DNA of 64,000 nucleotides from Sphaerodactylus townsendi (taxonomy: Eukaryota), in contig NC_059439.1 in NCBI RefSeq assembly GCF_021028975.2, forward strand, positions 23,932,001 to 23,996,000, read 5' to 3'. The notes beneath the pieces are model-generated. The model was not told the DNA's origin. It worked only from the letters and a program-made list of their open reading frames with translations, and did not search any database. Position 1 is the first letter of the stretch. Each line of letters begins with the position of its first letter. Positions 36,705 to 49,958 of this stretch are shown here, piece after piece. The translations under genes and the position numbers were made by a program.

Positions 36705-37075
36705 TGTTTCTAGCATATTATTTGTCATGCAGTTCTACATTTCCCTGAAGGTTTAAAGTCTTTTCTAGGATAACTGGTAAATTGATCCAAATATTCCTAG
36801 TCAAAATCCTTGTTCCTTGGAGAAGATTGACCTGTACATTTCTCAGAACTCTTCAGAAGTAGGACAATACAAATGTGATGTTTTTAAAAGTTTGTGCTTT
36901 CATTATATAGATCATCACATGATAAAGACAAAAGTGGTTTATAAATGAAATAAAATAGCAGTAAATATAAATGATTAATAATGATGGTGATGATGATCAT
37001 AACAGTGATGCAGAATACAAAGCAATGGCTGTACAGCACGCAACTTTCTGATACAACATGCAACTTTCATTCTAG

Positions 37076-37367
37076 TGTCATACCTAAGAATTACCAGCAC
37101 ATGCTGGCTTTGGAATTTGCTTTAAAGGAGATCAATGATAATCCAACAATTTTACCCAATGTCACCTTGGGCTTTCAAATTTATGACAGCTACTTCAATG
37201 CTAAGCAAACCTGTCATGCCACAATGCAACTTATCTCCACCCCAAAGACACTTGTCCCTAATTTCAAATGTGACATCCAAAATAATCTGCTAGCCATCAT
37301 TGGTGGATTGGATTCCCAAACCTCTTTTCATGTGGCAACCATACTGGGCATCTATAAGATCCCTCAG
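37076..37367 (+). CDS. V2R-C exon 2
   Basis: 292 bp; KNYQHMLALEFALKEINDNPTILPNVTLGFQIYDS...KIPQ|gt. Confidence 0.96.
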
Positions 37368-37511
37368 GTAAGAAGGATGAATGTTTGTGCATTTAACACT
37401 TTCATTGACATACTGTTTATTCTTCCAAAATTAATCATTGGGTTGAAGAAGGAAAAGAAAATATTTAAAATATAACTCTTTTATATCCATATCTATGTCT
37501 ATATAAATAGA

Positions 37512-37652
37512 GGCTCATTCCGCACATGCAGAATAATGTACTTTCAAACTACTTTCAATGCTCTTTGAAAATGTGCGGAATGGCAAAATCCACTTGCAAA
37601 CAGTTGTGAAAGTGGTTTGAAAACACATTATTTTGTGTTTGCGGAAGGGGCC
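37512..37652. mobile_element. 141-bp Harbinger-type MITE, copy 2
   Basis: Same family as 20755-20895; TSD AGA. Confidence 0.85.
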
Positions 37653-37788
37653 AGAGATTGATAGATGTTGATATTGATAAATAGATGATAGATGGATAGA
37701 AATATTTTTTTTAATGTAAACTACTTGGTGTGCCATTAGAGGAAAAGGAGCATATTATTATTTATTCCCATTCCAAAATCATTTTTAG

Positions 37789-38631
37789 TTCCTATATGGT
37801 TCCGCTCCAGTGACAAAGGATACAAATCCAGAACTTTCCTTCTACCAGATGTACCCTAAGGAAGCCCTTCAGCATGCCGGAATTCTCTCCTTACTAAGGC
37901 ATTTCAAATGGACATGGATTGGAGTCTTTGTTATGGATGATAACATTGGAGAAAACATTGTGCAAACGTTACTTCCAGAGATTTCCAAGTATGGTGTCTG
38001 TTTTGCCTTCATAGGAAGATATCCCACAACAAAGTTTGCCACAGAAAATCTAGACCTGGTACAACAGGGGGCAGTAATATATGATAGAATCATGAGCAGC
38101 AAAGCCAAAGTATTTGTGGTATTTGGACAATCATATAGTGTCAATGATCTGATATGGCTGAGGTATCTATCGGAAGGGCAAAGTATTCCATGGAACACAA
38201 AAGGCAAAGTGTGGATACTGACAGCCCAGATGGATTTCACTTCTTATGTTTATCAAAGGACTTGGGATACAGACATCATCCATGGTGCTCTGACCTTCAC
38301 TGTACATTCTAGTCATCTTCCAAGATTTCAGAAATTTGTAGAGAACAGAAACCCTTCTAACACAAAGAATGATGGATTTATAAGGAACTTCTGGCACAAT
38401 GCCTTTAACTGTGTATTCCCACATCAAATTCAGGAAGAAGTGAGGGATGATAATTGCACGGAGCAAGAAAAGTTGGAAAGCCTTCCTGGATCTTTTTTTG
38501 AAATGAGCATGAATGGCCACAGCTACAGCATTTACAATGCTGTCTATGCTGTGGCCCATGCATTACATGCCATGCACAACACAAAACACAGAACAATGGT
38601 AAATAGTCTTCAGGATCGAAACCAATGGCAG
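37789..38631 (+). CDS. V2R-C exon 3
   Basis: 843 bp, open; FLYGSAP, HFKWTWIG, GHSYSIYNAVYAVAHALH; ends WQ|gt. Confidence 0.96.
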
Positions 38632-39133
38632 GTAAGGACTTTGGATTCATATTCAGGAAACACCATTTATGTAGGAGTAACACGTGGCTTGTATTAGGGG
38701 TGATGCTTCAGCAAACCAAAATCACCCCAAATGCAGAAAAAACTCTTATCAAGTTTACTCAGTTTTCTTCTTACTGAAAAAAAAATGTGGGGAAAAGCCA
38801 AGCCGAATACTAGGGGACCAATAAGCTGAATAAATATTAGGCTTCTCAGCTTTTTGGCAACTCCCAAGACCTAATTCCCACAAAAAAAAACCCCTGTTAA
38901 TTTGTGTTTAAAAAATTGAAGACCAATTGTGAGGCTGTCGATTGGGCTTCAATTTTTCACCCACCTTTCAACTTACCTTGGCTGAGTCTGTGGTGGGCAT
39001 CCTGCTGGGTTTTGCAGGAATGGAAAAAGTCCCCCCTTCTGGATAACTGAAGGCTCAGCTATGGGTATTTTTTTCACCTTTACCAACAATTTTAAAGCCA
39101 ACCCCCAGCCCTTCCCAGTGAATCTGAATTTTA

Positions 39134-39274
39134 GGCTCATTCTGCACATGCAGAATAATGCACTTTCAAACTGCTTTCAGTGCTCTTTGAAGCTGTGTGG
39201 AATAGCAAAATCCACTTGCAAACAGTTGTGAAAGTGATTTGAAAACGCATTATTTTGCGTGTGCGGAAGGGGCC
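39134..39274. mobile_element. 141-bp Harbinger-type MITE, copy 3
   Basis: Same family; TSD TTA. Confidence 0.85.
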
Positions 39275-40139
39275 TTACTGAATTTTCCTTCTGTTCTTAT
39301 CCCTAGATGCTACTTGCTGGCATGGCTTTTACCTGGAAGCGGGTGGGAGGGTTTTTCCTAGAAGCAGGATGGCTGGGGCACCCTCTTCCGGGGTCCATAG
39401 AATTGGATGGTCCAATCTACTGGAAATTTGAGGGCTATTTAAAAAACAGGCAAATGCAGCTCTACTGCAATTTTGGTGCTGTTTTTTTTAAAACCACCTC
39501 TTCCCAGCCAACTGGATATTTTTTCTCATAGGGAATAATGGACCGAAAAACTTTCAAATCTCCTCCCCCACCTCCCCCCATAACATATTTGTCTTAGAAT
39601 GTGAAAATATCAGGAATACCAATATTTTCCAGGACCAATATGCCCAAATCTGGGGGTAAAGATTCTTTCTTTGCATACCCCTACAAGATATGACATCATT
39701 CTGCTGTTTTTATTACTGTAACAAAAAGGAATCCTCCTGCAAGTTATTTCTTTCAGTTCTCTTCTACATCTTTCCTTATATCTGAGGAGTCAGACGGTAG
39801 CACTTGGGTTCTCAGAATTCATATGAGAAACAGACCATAATATTCCACAAAGGCTTATTGTTAGACATGAAATACCATCTGACTATTAGATCTGAACTCC
39901 AGTAAGTTAGCTGTGTACATTTTTCTCTTACCATTACACAGGTTGCAGTCACAGTTTACATCTTCTTTGTTGATTGACATTTTGCTGAGGTAACAAGGAA
40001 GATGGGAAATCAGCAAACAAAAAGAGTGGGTTGGATCCAACCAGCTTTCTTTGCTGAGGGCCACTCCTTCCACATATGTTCCATCTGTTTAAAATATTTT
40101 GAACACAGGAGTGACCCTTAGGGCTCATTCTGTTTTTCA

Positions 40140-40664
40140 GGCCGTTTCCGCACGGCAGCGGAAACGGCGAGGTTGGCGCATTGCGCGCCGACCCGAAGAC
40201 GCTGGGACCGTCCGCATGGATGGTCCTGAAGCAGCCGGGCAGCCGGGCGCTATGGCCACGAGGAGCCGCACTTTGTTGCAGCGACTCCTGTTCTGGGTGA
40301 TTTCAGATAATGCCGAGGCCTGGGGACACACCCCCTGGCCCTGCGCGCCTGCTCCAGTGGCGCAGGGCAAGGGGGCATGTCCCCAGGCCTCAGCTTTTAA
40401 TACCGGAGGCCCAGGGACAAAGGTAAGTACCAGGTGCGGGAGGCGGCGTGAAGCCGCTGCCGTTCGCTTGGCAGCAGCTTCACGGTGGCGTATCCCCAGA
40501 AAGAGCGCTTCCCAGGGCTCTGGGAATATGCCGGCTTCAGGCCGGGCAGGCGGCGAGAGGGTGGCGCGGCTGCGCTGCAGCTGCGCCCCATGTGCAAATG
40601 GCGGCCTGGAGATGGCGTTTTTACCGTCTCCAGGCCGTCATTTTTTGCCCGTGCGGAAATGGCC
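40140..40664. mobile_element. PIF/Harbinger-type non-autonomous element (GC-rich)
   Basis: TIRs ggccgtttccgcacgg / ccgtgcggaaatggcc; internal homology to 3506-3826 in reverse orientation; TSD not clean. Confidence 0.75.
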
Positions 40665-40934
40665 CACATATATTGCTTCTGTTGCAGAGGTCATTCCCCT
40701 AAAGTTTTCTAACATTTGAATGTATACTCTCTTTCAGTGTAACACCTCCACCAACATGTATCTTCTTGTCCTGAGTATAGAATTTATACCCAAGGATGAT
40801 CATATCCCATTGATTTTCTCCATTTCCCCCATGTTTCGTAGATACCACAATATTTAATTTGCCACTGAGTGCCAAGAACTCCAGCTATCCGACCTTGGTT
40901 TGGAGGCTCCTTGCGTTGGCATTTAGATTTTTTT

Positions 40935-41190
40935 TTCAATTTCAATTTATTGCAGTCAAAGACCAGCAAATTACAGTCAGGGACCGACAAATTCTATACA
41001 GCAAATTACAGTCGAGGATCAACAAATTCTATACGCACTCTCAACCTTGTAATTCCCAGTGTAATTGTAATATATAAACTACCCTAAAATGAACACTGAG
41101 GCCTAATTTGTTTCACTTGTCCCAAACATACGGTAACTTAGCATTAAAATACATCCCGTCCATAACTTAGCGTCAAAATAAATCCATTTA
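40935..41190 (-). mobile_element. LINE 3' UTR fragment (same family as 53455-53853)
   Basis: ~250 bp near-identical to 53455-53700; minus strand ends aataaa + (ATTGA)n. Confidence 0.65.
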
Positions 41191-41293
41191 GATATCCGTA
41201 TCAGATTGCTACTTCATAAATGTAGTTCTGAAAGATCCAACATAACCCAGCTCAGTTGCTGCCTTTCTTAAAGCTTTTTTATTTTCCACCTAG

Positions 41294-41530
41294 CTACACT
41301 ACTTTCTGGGGAGAACTTCATTTAACAATAGCGCTGGGGACAAAATTTCATTCAATAAGAATGGGGAGTTACTAGTCGGACTTGACATTGAGAACTGGAT
41401 CATTTCCTCAAACGAGTCCTTTCACAGAATTAAAGTCGGCAAGATGGATCTCCAGGATCCCCACAGTCATTCCCAACAAACGTTCACCATTAATGATGAA
41501 GACATCACATGGCCGGATTGGTTTAACACG
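41294..41530 (+). CDS. V2R-C exon 4
   Basis: 237 bp (9 bp longer than paralogs); LHYFLGRTSFNNSAGDKISF...WFNT|gt. Confidence 0.93.
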
Positions 41531-41818
41531 GTAGGTTCTGGTAGTCCAGAGTTTGAAGGGTCTTTATTATGAATTAGCACTGAGTTACAGATCTTTCATG
41601 CTGCGGAAAAAAGAAGGGATGTGTCCCTTTTGTCGACTCCAAAAATGCTATTGTGAGCCTCATGGGACCTGTGGAAACAAAAGTCATCTGTAACCAGCAC
41701 TATAGTAATGAGGAGAGCTTGGCAATGTTTAGTGAAAAAGTTCAGCTGATGTCAGTTTTGTTGTGCAAAAATAATTCTTACCTCGGGCACTAGTGAGCAA
41801 GTAGAAAACAGTAGTAAG

Positions 41819-42239
41819 CAGCGGTGGGATCCAGCAGGTTCTCACAGGTTCCCAGAGTAGGTTACTAATTATTTGTGTGTGTGTGCCGAGAGGGGGGGAT
41901 ACTAATTGGCGATACTGTTAATGCGTGATTTTGCCTTTAGTTAAAGCCCTCCTCCTCAGCAGTAGCGCGCAGAACTTGAAGCAGTTTAGCAGGAGGTACA
42001 CTGGCATTGCATGTGGCAGCCTGGCGGCCAGTGTGCAGCCGTTCTCGGCTTCAAGGACGGTACATGATGCGAGCTGCGTCCTTGCCAAAGCCTGGCTCTC
42101 AGGAATGCCCCCGCTCTTGAATGCCCGGCCATGCCCCGCCATGCCCCTTCCACTCCTAGGCCTCCCATTGGCGCTACGCCACAGTTTGAATCCCACCACC
42201 ATGGGAACCTGTTACTAAAATTTTTGGATCCCACCACTG
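41819..42239. mobile_element. hAT non-autonomous element
   Basis: TIR cagcggtgggatcca / tggatcccaccactg; 8-bp TSD gtagtaag. Confidence 0.9.
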
Positions 42240-43065
42240 GTAGTAAGCCATTATGAAAATTATGTTTGCTTTGATTTGGATTTAAATGATATAGCAGCTG
42301 ATGGTCCAGGATCACATGTGCATTTAAATTACTTAAATAGTTAGATAACAGTGTATAATGTCAATAAAGACTTCTGTCTGATTTAAGACAACAGTGCAAT
42401 CCATATGGGGAAGGGCAGTCTGTGGTGTCTGGAGACAGTGCAGTGAAGACCTTCCAATGGAACTCCAGGGAATTTAACAAGCTGTGGGGCAAAAAAGCCC
42501 CCTGCTGCTGCCCAGAACACTCCATAGGAAATAATGACTTATGCCCCGTATTATCATGGCATAAGACTCTGACTTCTGCTGATGTTCCTAGGTCAAAAAC
42601 CTGGTGGAAGTTGACTAAGGTCAGCTCCACCCCCAAGAGCATCCCTACCCTGCCCCCCAGATGCACTTGTGTCTATGTTTAGATGGGCGCAGCTCTGGGT
42701 CTGGGGGCTACTTCCAGATTGTTCAGTCAGGGAGTTAACCTCCTCCCTCCTCTGCATCATCTTACCCTTTGGCCTTCAGAATTCAAGAAGCCACAGCCAA
42801 TCAGGTGGCTTCTCCTGTTCCTAGGCCTCTATGACTCATTGTAAACAATGTTTTGCTTAAACACAACTGCACTTTTAAAAGCACACATTTCTCTACAATC
42901 CATCACCACATCATAACGATTAGTTAACAAAAGTAAAAAGAATTAGTTAATTATTTTACTTTGGGGAAACATAAATGATACCAGCATTTCAGATGTCAGG
43001 ATGAAGCCATGGACAAGTGCTTAGTTGACCACATACCCTTAAGCAGAAACTCTGAAGTAATGTTA

Positions 43066-43206
43066 GGCTCATTCCGCACATGCAGAATAATGCACTTTCA
43101 AACTGCTTTCAATGCTCTTTGAAGCTGTGTGGAATGGCAAAATCCACTTGCAAACAGTTGTGAAAGCGGTTTGAAAATGCATTATTTTGCATGTGCGGAA
43201 GAGACC
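43066..43206. mobile_element. 141-bp Harbinger-type MITE, copy 4
   Basis: Same family; flanks TTA/ATA. Confidence 0.85.
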
Positions 43207-43520
43207 ATAGTGTTTCAAGCAATGTAATAAATTCAGTACTTTGTCCTTTAATGTGTTATATTCAATCTGAAGAGAAACCAGAGTATGAATGTGTACAGTT
43301 AATGATCTCCTTATGATAGATAGTTAAATTTTAGCTTTTCATAAGTACTTAATAAATAGTTAATGAATTTTAGTTAGACCATCCTAAATGACTGCAGCAT
43401 TTCAAATACTACTGTGGTAGAATAGCAGGGCATAGTGCATAAGCGTGTCTCTCACAAATGAACATATGGAAGAATGAATCAAATAAAAACGATGTATCTA
43501 ATTTTTCATTTTCTCATTAG

Positions 43521-43647
43521 ACACTGCCAATTTCACAATGTTGTGAGAACTGTCATCCTGGCTACCGCAAGCAAGTGAAGGAGGGGAAACAATTTTGTTG
43601 TTATGATTGCGTGCAATGTCCAGATGGGAAGATTTCAGACCAAAAGG
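43521..43647 (+). CDS. V2R-C exon 5 (cysteine-rich domain)
   Basis: 127 bp; TLPISQCCENCHPG...EGKQFCCYDCVQCPDGKISDQK. Confidence 0.95.
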
Positions 43648-44667
43648 GTAAGAAATAGACTTATTTATTCTTGTTGTGTAGGAAATGAATCCCAGTCCAT
43701 ATATCTCACCATAATTAAATACCATTACTCTCAGAAATAAAGCCAATGTAGTATCCACAGTTCAGTAGAAAATGTTCCTTTTTATTTCAAATTAATTGGT
43801 TTACAAACATGTAAACGTACATAAGATACAACACTTACTATCAAGCAACACTTTCCCTCCCATAAGCCCACACTCTTCCCTAACCTTGGAGAGTGGGGAA
43901 TGGTAGCAGTAAACATGAAGCAAGTCAGAAAACAAGAAATAAAGCAAAAAAAGAAGAAGAAACAGTGTGTGTATTTATTCTCTGGAAATCAACCTGTGGA
44001 CAAGACCTCTCCAAAGAAAAGGGAATGTCTGGGAGTATGTGAAAGAAACGACTGTTAAGAAGTGTGTACTGTATGTTCTTAAGGAAAAGAAGCCAAACTG
44101 TATATTTATGACTGAAACATTAATACATATTGAATATATGTATTTAAACAGCCATATAAGGAAGCCTGAAATTGTATGCACTGAGAAAGTCTGAACTCCA
44201 GTGAATGAACTAATTTGTAGCAAACACAGCTGTGAGCTACAGCATCAACAGCTTGTATTAACTCCATAACTTACCTGTTTCAGTTTTCATCTCCTCACTC
44301 TCAAAATGGAACAATGTCCTGTTTCCATGCACAGGATGCCCTTGGGCCCGCTCCAAAAGCTCCAGTTGGCACAAAATGCAATGACGTGAGTCCCTACTGG
44401 GACCACATGACAGGCACACAAACAGCTACTTCTCCACCAGTTGCATTGGCTCTGGGTGAAGTACCAAAACAGGTTCAAGATTTTTTAAAGTCCTAACTGG
44501 TCTGGGGCTGTCATATCTGTGGGACTGCCTCTCCTAATATGTTTCCCAAAGAACTTTATGCTCAGCCAGTAGCAACTTACAGATGACCCCTGGTCTGAAA
44601 ACTATCCAACTGTCCTCAACAAGGACCAGGGCTTTTTGGGCTCTGATCCTGGCTGTAGGGTAACTCT

Positions 44668-44808
44668 GGCTCATTCCGCACATGCAGAATAATGCACTTT
44701 CAAACTGCTTTCAGTGCTCTTTGAAGCTGTGCGGAATAGCAAAATCCACTTGCAAATAGTTGTGAAAGTGGTTTGAAAACGCATTATTTTGCGTGTGCGG
44801 AAGGGGCC
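44668..44808. mobile_element. 141-bp Harbinger-type MITE, copy 5
   Basis: Same family; TSD TCT. Confidence 0.85.
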
Positions 44809-45723
44809 TCTGTGAAGTGAGGCCCAGCATCCATCTAGTGGGCTTCCCTCCCTCCCACTATTTCCCTTTCCTTGATCTGGATGTGAATTTATGGGCTATA
44901 ATTTTAACCATTAGCCCTATTGGAGGTAATAAAGCCAAGTCTTAGAAAAGAATGTTTTATTGACTTTACTATTACCATTGAGTGTTGGAAGCTGTTCTGA
45001 GCCTGCAAAGGGAAACGGGTTGGGGTTGGGGGTCGGGGTGGGGGGTAGTTGTGCAACTAAATTTAAAACAGCCAACATGATTGACTGAATATTCTCACAC
45101 TTTTACTAAACTACTAACATTTACAAAATGTACAGTAGTTTTGAAAAAGTGTAAAAATACTCAGTCAATTTAATTGCTGGCCACATTTGTGCAATTCCAT
45201 TTACTGTACCTGCAAGGGGAAGGGCAGCCTACAAACTTAATGAAATATATAAATAATTTGCTGACAATTCAGTGAATGTATTCCCTCTCCTAAAGACATA
45301 ATGGTGGACATTTCTATGGCTCCCATCCAGGCACTCTGCATAGTTTTGTTGGGTGTTTCCTTGAAAACTGCTTAGAGTCTAACATGGAAAATATGGACTG
45401 CTTTCTTAAATAGGGTAGGTCACTAGAAACAATTAAGTGAAGCTCTTGGATCACCATTGTTTTGCTATTACTCTTTCATTCCACACAGCTTTAATTGGTC
45501 AGGCCATGACACTCTGACGAAAGATCAGTATGTAATAAATCGTTGTTTATGATAAATCACACCTCAGCTGCATTTCATACTTTTAGCAGAGATTCTTGAA
45601 CAAAGTATTCAGTTTTTGGGGGTGATAAGCCTTGTATATGTATGATGAACAGTGAAAAAAAATGTTGGTGTTACTTATTGGAATTTTGCACCTATATGCA
45701 TAAAAGCACCTTTTCATTTTCAG

Positions 45724-46637
45724 ACCTCGACAATTGCTATAAGTGTTCAGATGAGATGTACCCAAGCCAAACCCGGGATTTATGTATTCCCAAGAACATC
45801 AGCTTTCTTTCTTATGAAGATCCTTTGGGGATGAGTTCAGCCTTTTTTGCTCTTTCACTCTCTTTGATCACTGTTTTTATACTCAGAACGTTTAAAAAAC
45901 ATCAAAGCACCCCCATAGTCAAAGCCAACAACTGGAGGCTCACCTGCACTCTCCTCATCTCTCTTCTGCTCTGCTTCCTTTGTGCTTTGCTGTTCATTGG
46001 CCAACCAGAGACGGTGACCTGTCTGCTCCGCCAAACTGCTTTTGCGATTGTCTTTTCAGTGGCTGTTTCTTGTGTGCTGGCCAAAACTATTACTGTGGTT
46101 TTGGCTTTTATGGCTTCCAAGCCAGGGTCTGGCAAGAAGAAATGGCTGAGGAAAAGCCTGACCAATTCTATTGTTGTTTCCTGTTCCCTTCTGCAAACAG
46201 GCATTTGTGCTGTCTGGTTAACAAAGTCTCCTCCATTCCCCGATGTCGACATGTACTCAGTGGCTGAAGAAATTGTTCTAGAATGTAACGAAGGCTCTGT
46301 GACTCTGTTTTACTGTGCCTTGGGTTACGTAGGATTCCTGGCCATTTTGAGCTTCATGGTGGCTTTCTTTGCTAGGAAACTACCGGATACTTTTAACGAA
46401 GCCAAATGCATCACCTTCAGTATGCTGGTCTTTTGCAGTGTATGGTTATCCTTTGTTCCGACCTACTTGAGCACAAAGGGAAAATACATGGTCGTGGTGG
46501 AGATCTTCTCTATCTTAGCTTCTAGTGCAGGGTTGCTCGGTTTAATTTTTTTCCCTAAATGCTTCATAATTGTGTTGAGGCCTGAATTAAACAAAAGGGA
46601 CATAATAAGGGGCAAAATACACAGCACAGAAGTATAG
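45724..46637 (+). CDS. V2R-C exon 6 (7TM)
   Basis: [58 protein letters not shown]. Confidence 0.97.
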
Positions 46638-46789
46638 TTTGCTTTTTAGAGTAATTGATAGATTAGCTTGCACTCATTCAAGTGTCTCTGAGACTGCCCT
46701 TCTGAGTAGCCTCCCAGTGAATGCCATAACTAATTCGACAAGTGGAGTGTCCTTAGATCATTGATTTACTCCATCTATGATTTTTCTTT

Positions 46790-46930
46790 GGCCCCTTCTG
46801 CACCCGCAAAACAATGCGTTTTCAAACCACTTTCACAACTGTTTGCAAGTGGATTTTGCTATTCTGCACAGCTTCAAAGAGCACTGAAAGCAGTTTGAAA
46901 ATGCATTATTCTGCATGTGCGGAATGAGCC
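46790..46930. mobile_element. 141-bp Harbinger-type MITE, copy 6
   Basis: Same family; TSD TTT. Confidence 0.85.
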
Positions 46931-47839
46931 TTTCTCACAGTCATTCCAGAGATTATAGAGTCACATCTGCAATATATATTTTTAAATTTTTATTGCCGTT
47001 TTTTAATTGTAATTTCATGTCTGATTAGTCCAGCTTTTATTGTATGCACCTTGGTTCTTGCTTTGAGAAAGAAGGACAAAATAAAGGAATGAATGAATAC
47101 ATAAATATTGCCTTTTTGTGATTTTTGTTGCCTGAGAATTGTCTTATTCAGGAAAGCTCAGTGTTAACAGAGCTCCAGCTGAAGTGTATTTCCACCAAAG
47201 TGGGGATTTGCTAATGGATAATGGTCCAGGAATTGTTTTTTTCTTCAAAAAGGGTTTACAGAAAAGCTCTGCTAACAGATAACAAAAGCAGTGGAAAATA
47301 GAAATACCTGCATACTGCTCTGACAAATGAAGAATTTAAAATCAGAACTTTGTGCAGAAAAGGGAAGAAAATTAATGAACACAGCTAAAAGTATGAATGG
47401 ATCCTGTGTCTTGGGGTGGGGACAGATGTTCCAGTGTGATTTAACTGTGGAATTTCAGATGAATCCTAGAGTGTTGCTCTCAATGTAATGATTTGATTTC
47501 TGCCACAATGTGATGTTGTATGCCAATAGTTCTCCTGAGTACAGTCCACAACTCATAACCACTACTTCACATTGACTCTCAAGCACAGATTTCACCTGTC
47601 CAAATCATATTCTCATGTAGAGCAGTAAGAGATCAAATGTATTTGTCTCTGGAGTTTTTCTACCATAGACTGCCATGGATTCATCAGTAAGAATACAGGT
47701 GCTTTGTTGCATGTTACATTATTCTTACATACTTCTATAATTTGCTACCAGGACTTCCAGTCAGACATGTCTTGCAAATTCTGTGCTAAGATTCTTTGTT
47801 ATTGTCAATGACAAGTAATAACAAATAATAGTGACAATT

Positions 47840-49225
47840 GGCCTGAAAAAAATAAAATACAAATTAGTATACCAATCATAAAATTAATTAAAATAAATTT
47901 CTAAAATTGATTCAAATCTTGAAAACATCAAATTTTCAATGAGGCAGTACATGAAGTTCTTGCATACATTTTCCTTATAATCTTCAAACAATTCTGCCAT
48001 TCTTCATGAGCTTGTTGTATATAATTATAGCACATTTCTGAATCATAAGTCAAAAGGCCCTCCGCATACATCATGGCAGTCCTTAATTTTATATAATAGA
48101 TACTTTCTTGTATTGTCAAAGGCTTTCATGGGGTTGTCTTCTTCCAATTTCGCGCGACCAAAATCCTAGCTGCCGTAATCATATATAATAACAGTATTTT
48201 ACAGTTTTTCTGGAGTTTATCATCTATCATGTTTAACAAAAATAATTCTGGACTGAAGCCTATATCTATTCCTAAAATTAACTTAATATTTTGGTATATT
48301 TCCAACCAGAATTTTTAAATCATTTCCATAATTCCCACCAAATGTGAATCCATGGGTCTCCCTTTTCTTTTATTGCACCTCCAGAATAAAGGTGAGACCC
48401 CTTTATACATTAGGGCTAGTTTACTTGGGCAAAGGTACCACCTAAAAACATTTTGTAGTAGTTTTCTTTTAGTCTAGTGCAACAAGTAAATGTTAAGTCC
48501 TTCCAGGTTCTTTCCCATTGTTCTAGATAGATTGTTTGATTAAGATCCTGGGCCCAACGAACCATACAGGTTTTCACTTGTTCTGCTTCTTCATCTTGTT
48601 GAAGCAGTATTTTGTATATTTTGCTAATAGTCTCCTTTCCCTCTTGCCCATGTAGCAGTTTCCAAAATGCCTCTTCTTCAGTTCAAAATCTCTCTTTATT
48701 CTATTTTAAATTTTCCTGTTAGTTGTTTATATGTGAACCACTGGCACTGTGCATTATTTATTGTGATTTAATTTCTCTCTTTCAATTTGGGTTCTAATCC
48801 TGTTCTGATTAATATATCACTGTATCTTAATGTCACATTGTTTTGGTTCACTTTTAGAGACACCGCTTCTAATGGTGAAACCCAGTTAGGAGTTTTAAGC
48901 ATATTTTCCCTTTTACATTTTTCCCATATTCTATATATTGGCTTTCTTATAATATGACCCAGGAAGTGTTTAAATTCTTTTCCTTCCATGTATCAAACAT
49001 AGTAATGCCACCCGTAAAATAGGTCATGTCCTTTTAAGTTAAGTAATTCTGTATTTTGTAGTGTTATCCACTCTGAACCATAACATACTTGCTGCCTCAT
49101 AGTAAAGTTCTAGATTGGGCAATCCTAAACCACCTCTTTGTGTTTCATCGCACATTATTTGGTATTTTATTCTAACTTTATGTTTGCCCCACAGAAATTT
49201 AGATAAGTCTTTTTTAAATTTTTCA
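47840..49225 (-). mobile_element. Decayed L1 ORF2 3' part
   Basis: Minus strand gives GGLGLPNLELYYEA, PNWVSPLEAV and other L1 C-terminal pieces, with stops and frameshifts. Confidence 0.75.
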
Positions 49226-49227
49226 AA

Positions 49228-49958
49228 ACAAGATATCAGCTTCTCGTTTTATCAAGAATCTCTATTGATCATTTCAGCCTTTTTTGCACTTTCCTTTTCT
49301 TTGATTACAGCTTTGGTGTTAGGAACATTCATAATTGTAACGACACACACATTTGTCACAGCCAGCAACTGGAACCTCACCTACTCTCTTCTAATTTCCA
49401 TATTTTTCTGCTACCTTGGTACTTTGCTATTCATTGGCCCACCTGAGAAGGAGACCTGTATTCCGAGGCAAACTACTTTTGGAATTGGTTCTGGTGGGTT
49501 TTCCGGGCTGTGTGGCCATGGTCCAGTGGAAACCCACCAGACCGGAAAGCCCACCAGAACCAGTTGAATCCACTCGTGAAAGCCTTTGACAATACTTTTG
49601 GAATTCTTCTTCTTGGTGACTGTTCCTTGTATGCTGGAAAAGACGTTCCCCTTGATTGTGGTTTTCATTGTCATTAAACCCAGGAAACAGAATGAGAAAG
49701 TGAGTGGGGAAAAGACTGGCCAACTCCATTGTTGTTTCTTGCTCCCTTTCTCAGGCAAGCATGTGTACATTTTGCCTCATAATCTCTCCTCCATTCCCAT
49801 ATGCTGACATGAATTCAACCATAAAATAAATTATACTGGATTGTAATGAGGGACCCGTGATTCTGTTTTACTGTGTTTTGGGCTACGTGGGGATCTTAGC
49901 TATTGTAAGCTTTACTGTTGTTTTTCTTGCCTGAAAATTATCGGGCAGTTTCAATGAC
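49228..49958 (+). pseudogene. V2R exon-6 (7TM) pseudogene fragment
   Basis: DISF...[17 protein letters not shown]...NWNLTYSLLIS...LFIGPP...RQT; contains a Penelope insertion, frameshifts and a TGA at 49932; ends after KLSGSFND. Confidence 0.9.
49487..49592. mobile_element. Penelope-like micro-insertion (fold-back)
   Basis: Inverted arms ggttctggtgggttttccgg / ccggaaagcccaccagaacc; PLE end gaaagcctttgacaa; 13-bp TSD tacttttggaatt. Confidence 0.8.

Larger units (their letters stand above)
34507..46637 (+). other. V2R-C complete gene span, 6 exons, ~875 aa
   Basis: Exons 215+292+843+237+127+914 = 2628 nt, in frame, no internal stop. Confidence 0.92.

Noticed and set aside
45505-45560. Second hammerhead-like motif (ctgacga...)
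   Set aside because: No GAAA core or convincing stems.
47760-47800. Possible 5' start of the pseudo-exon 6 left of the L1 (cag|ac atg...tgc...tgt)
   Set aside because: Spacing and downstream residues do not match exon 6 of B or C, and I found no TSD.
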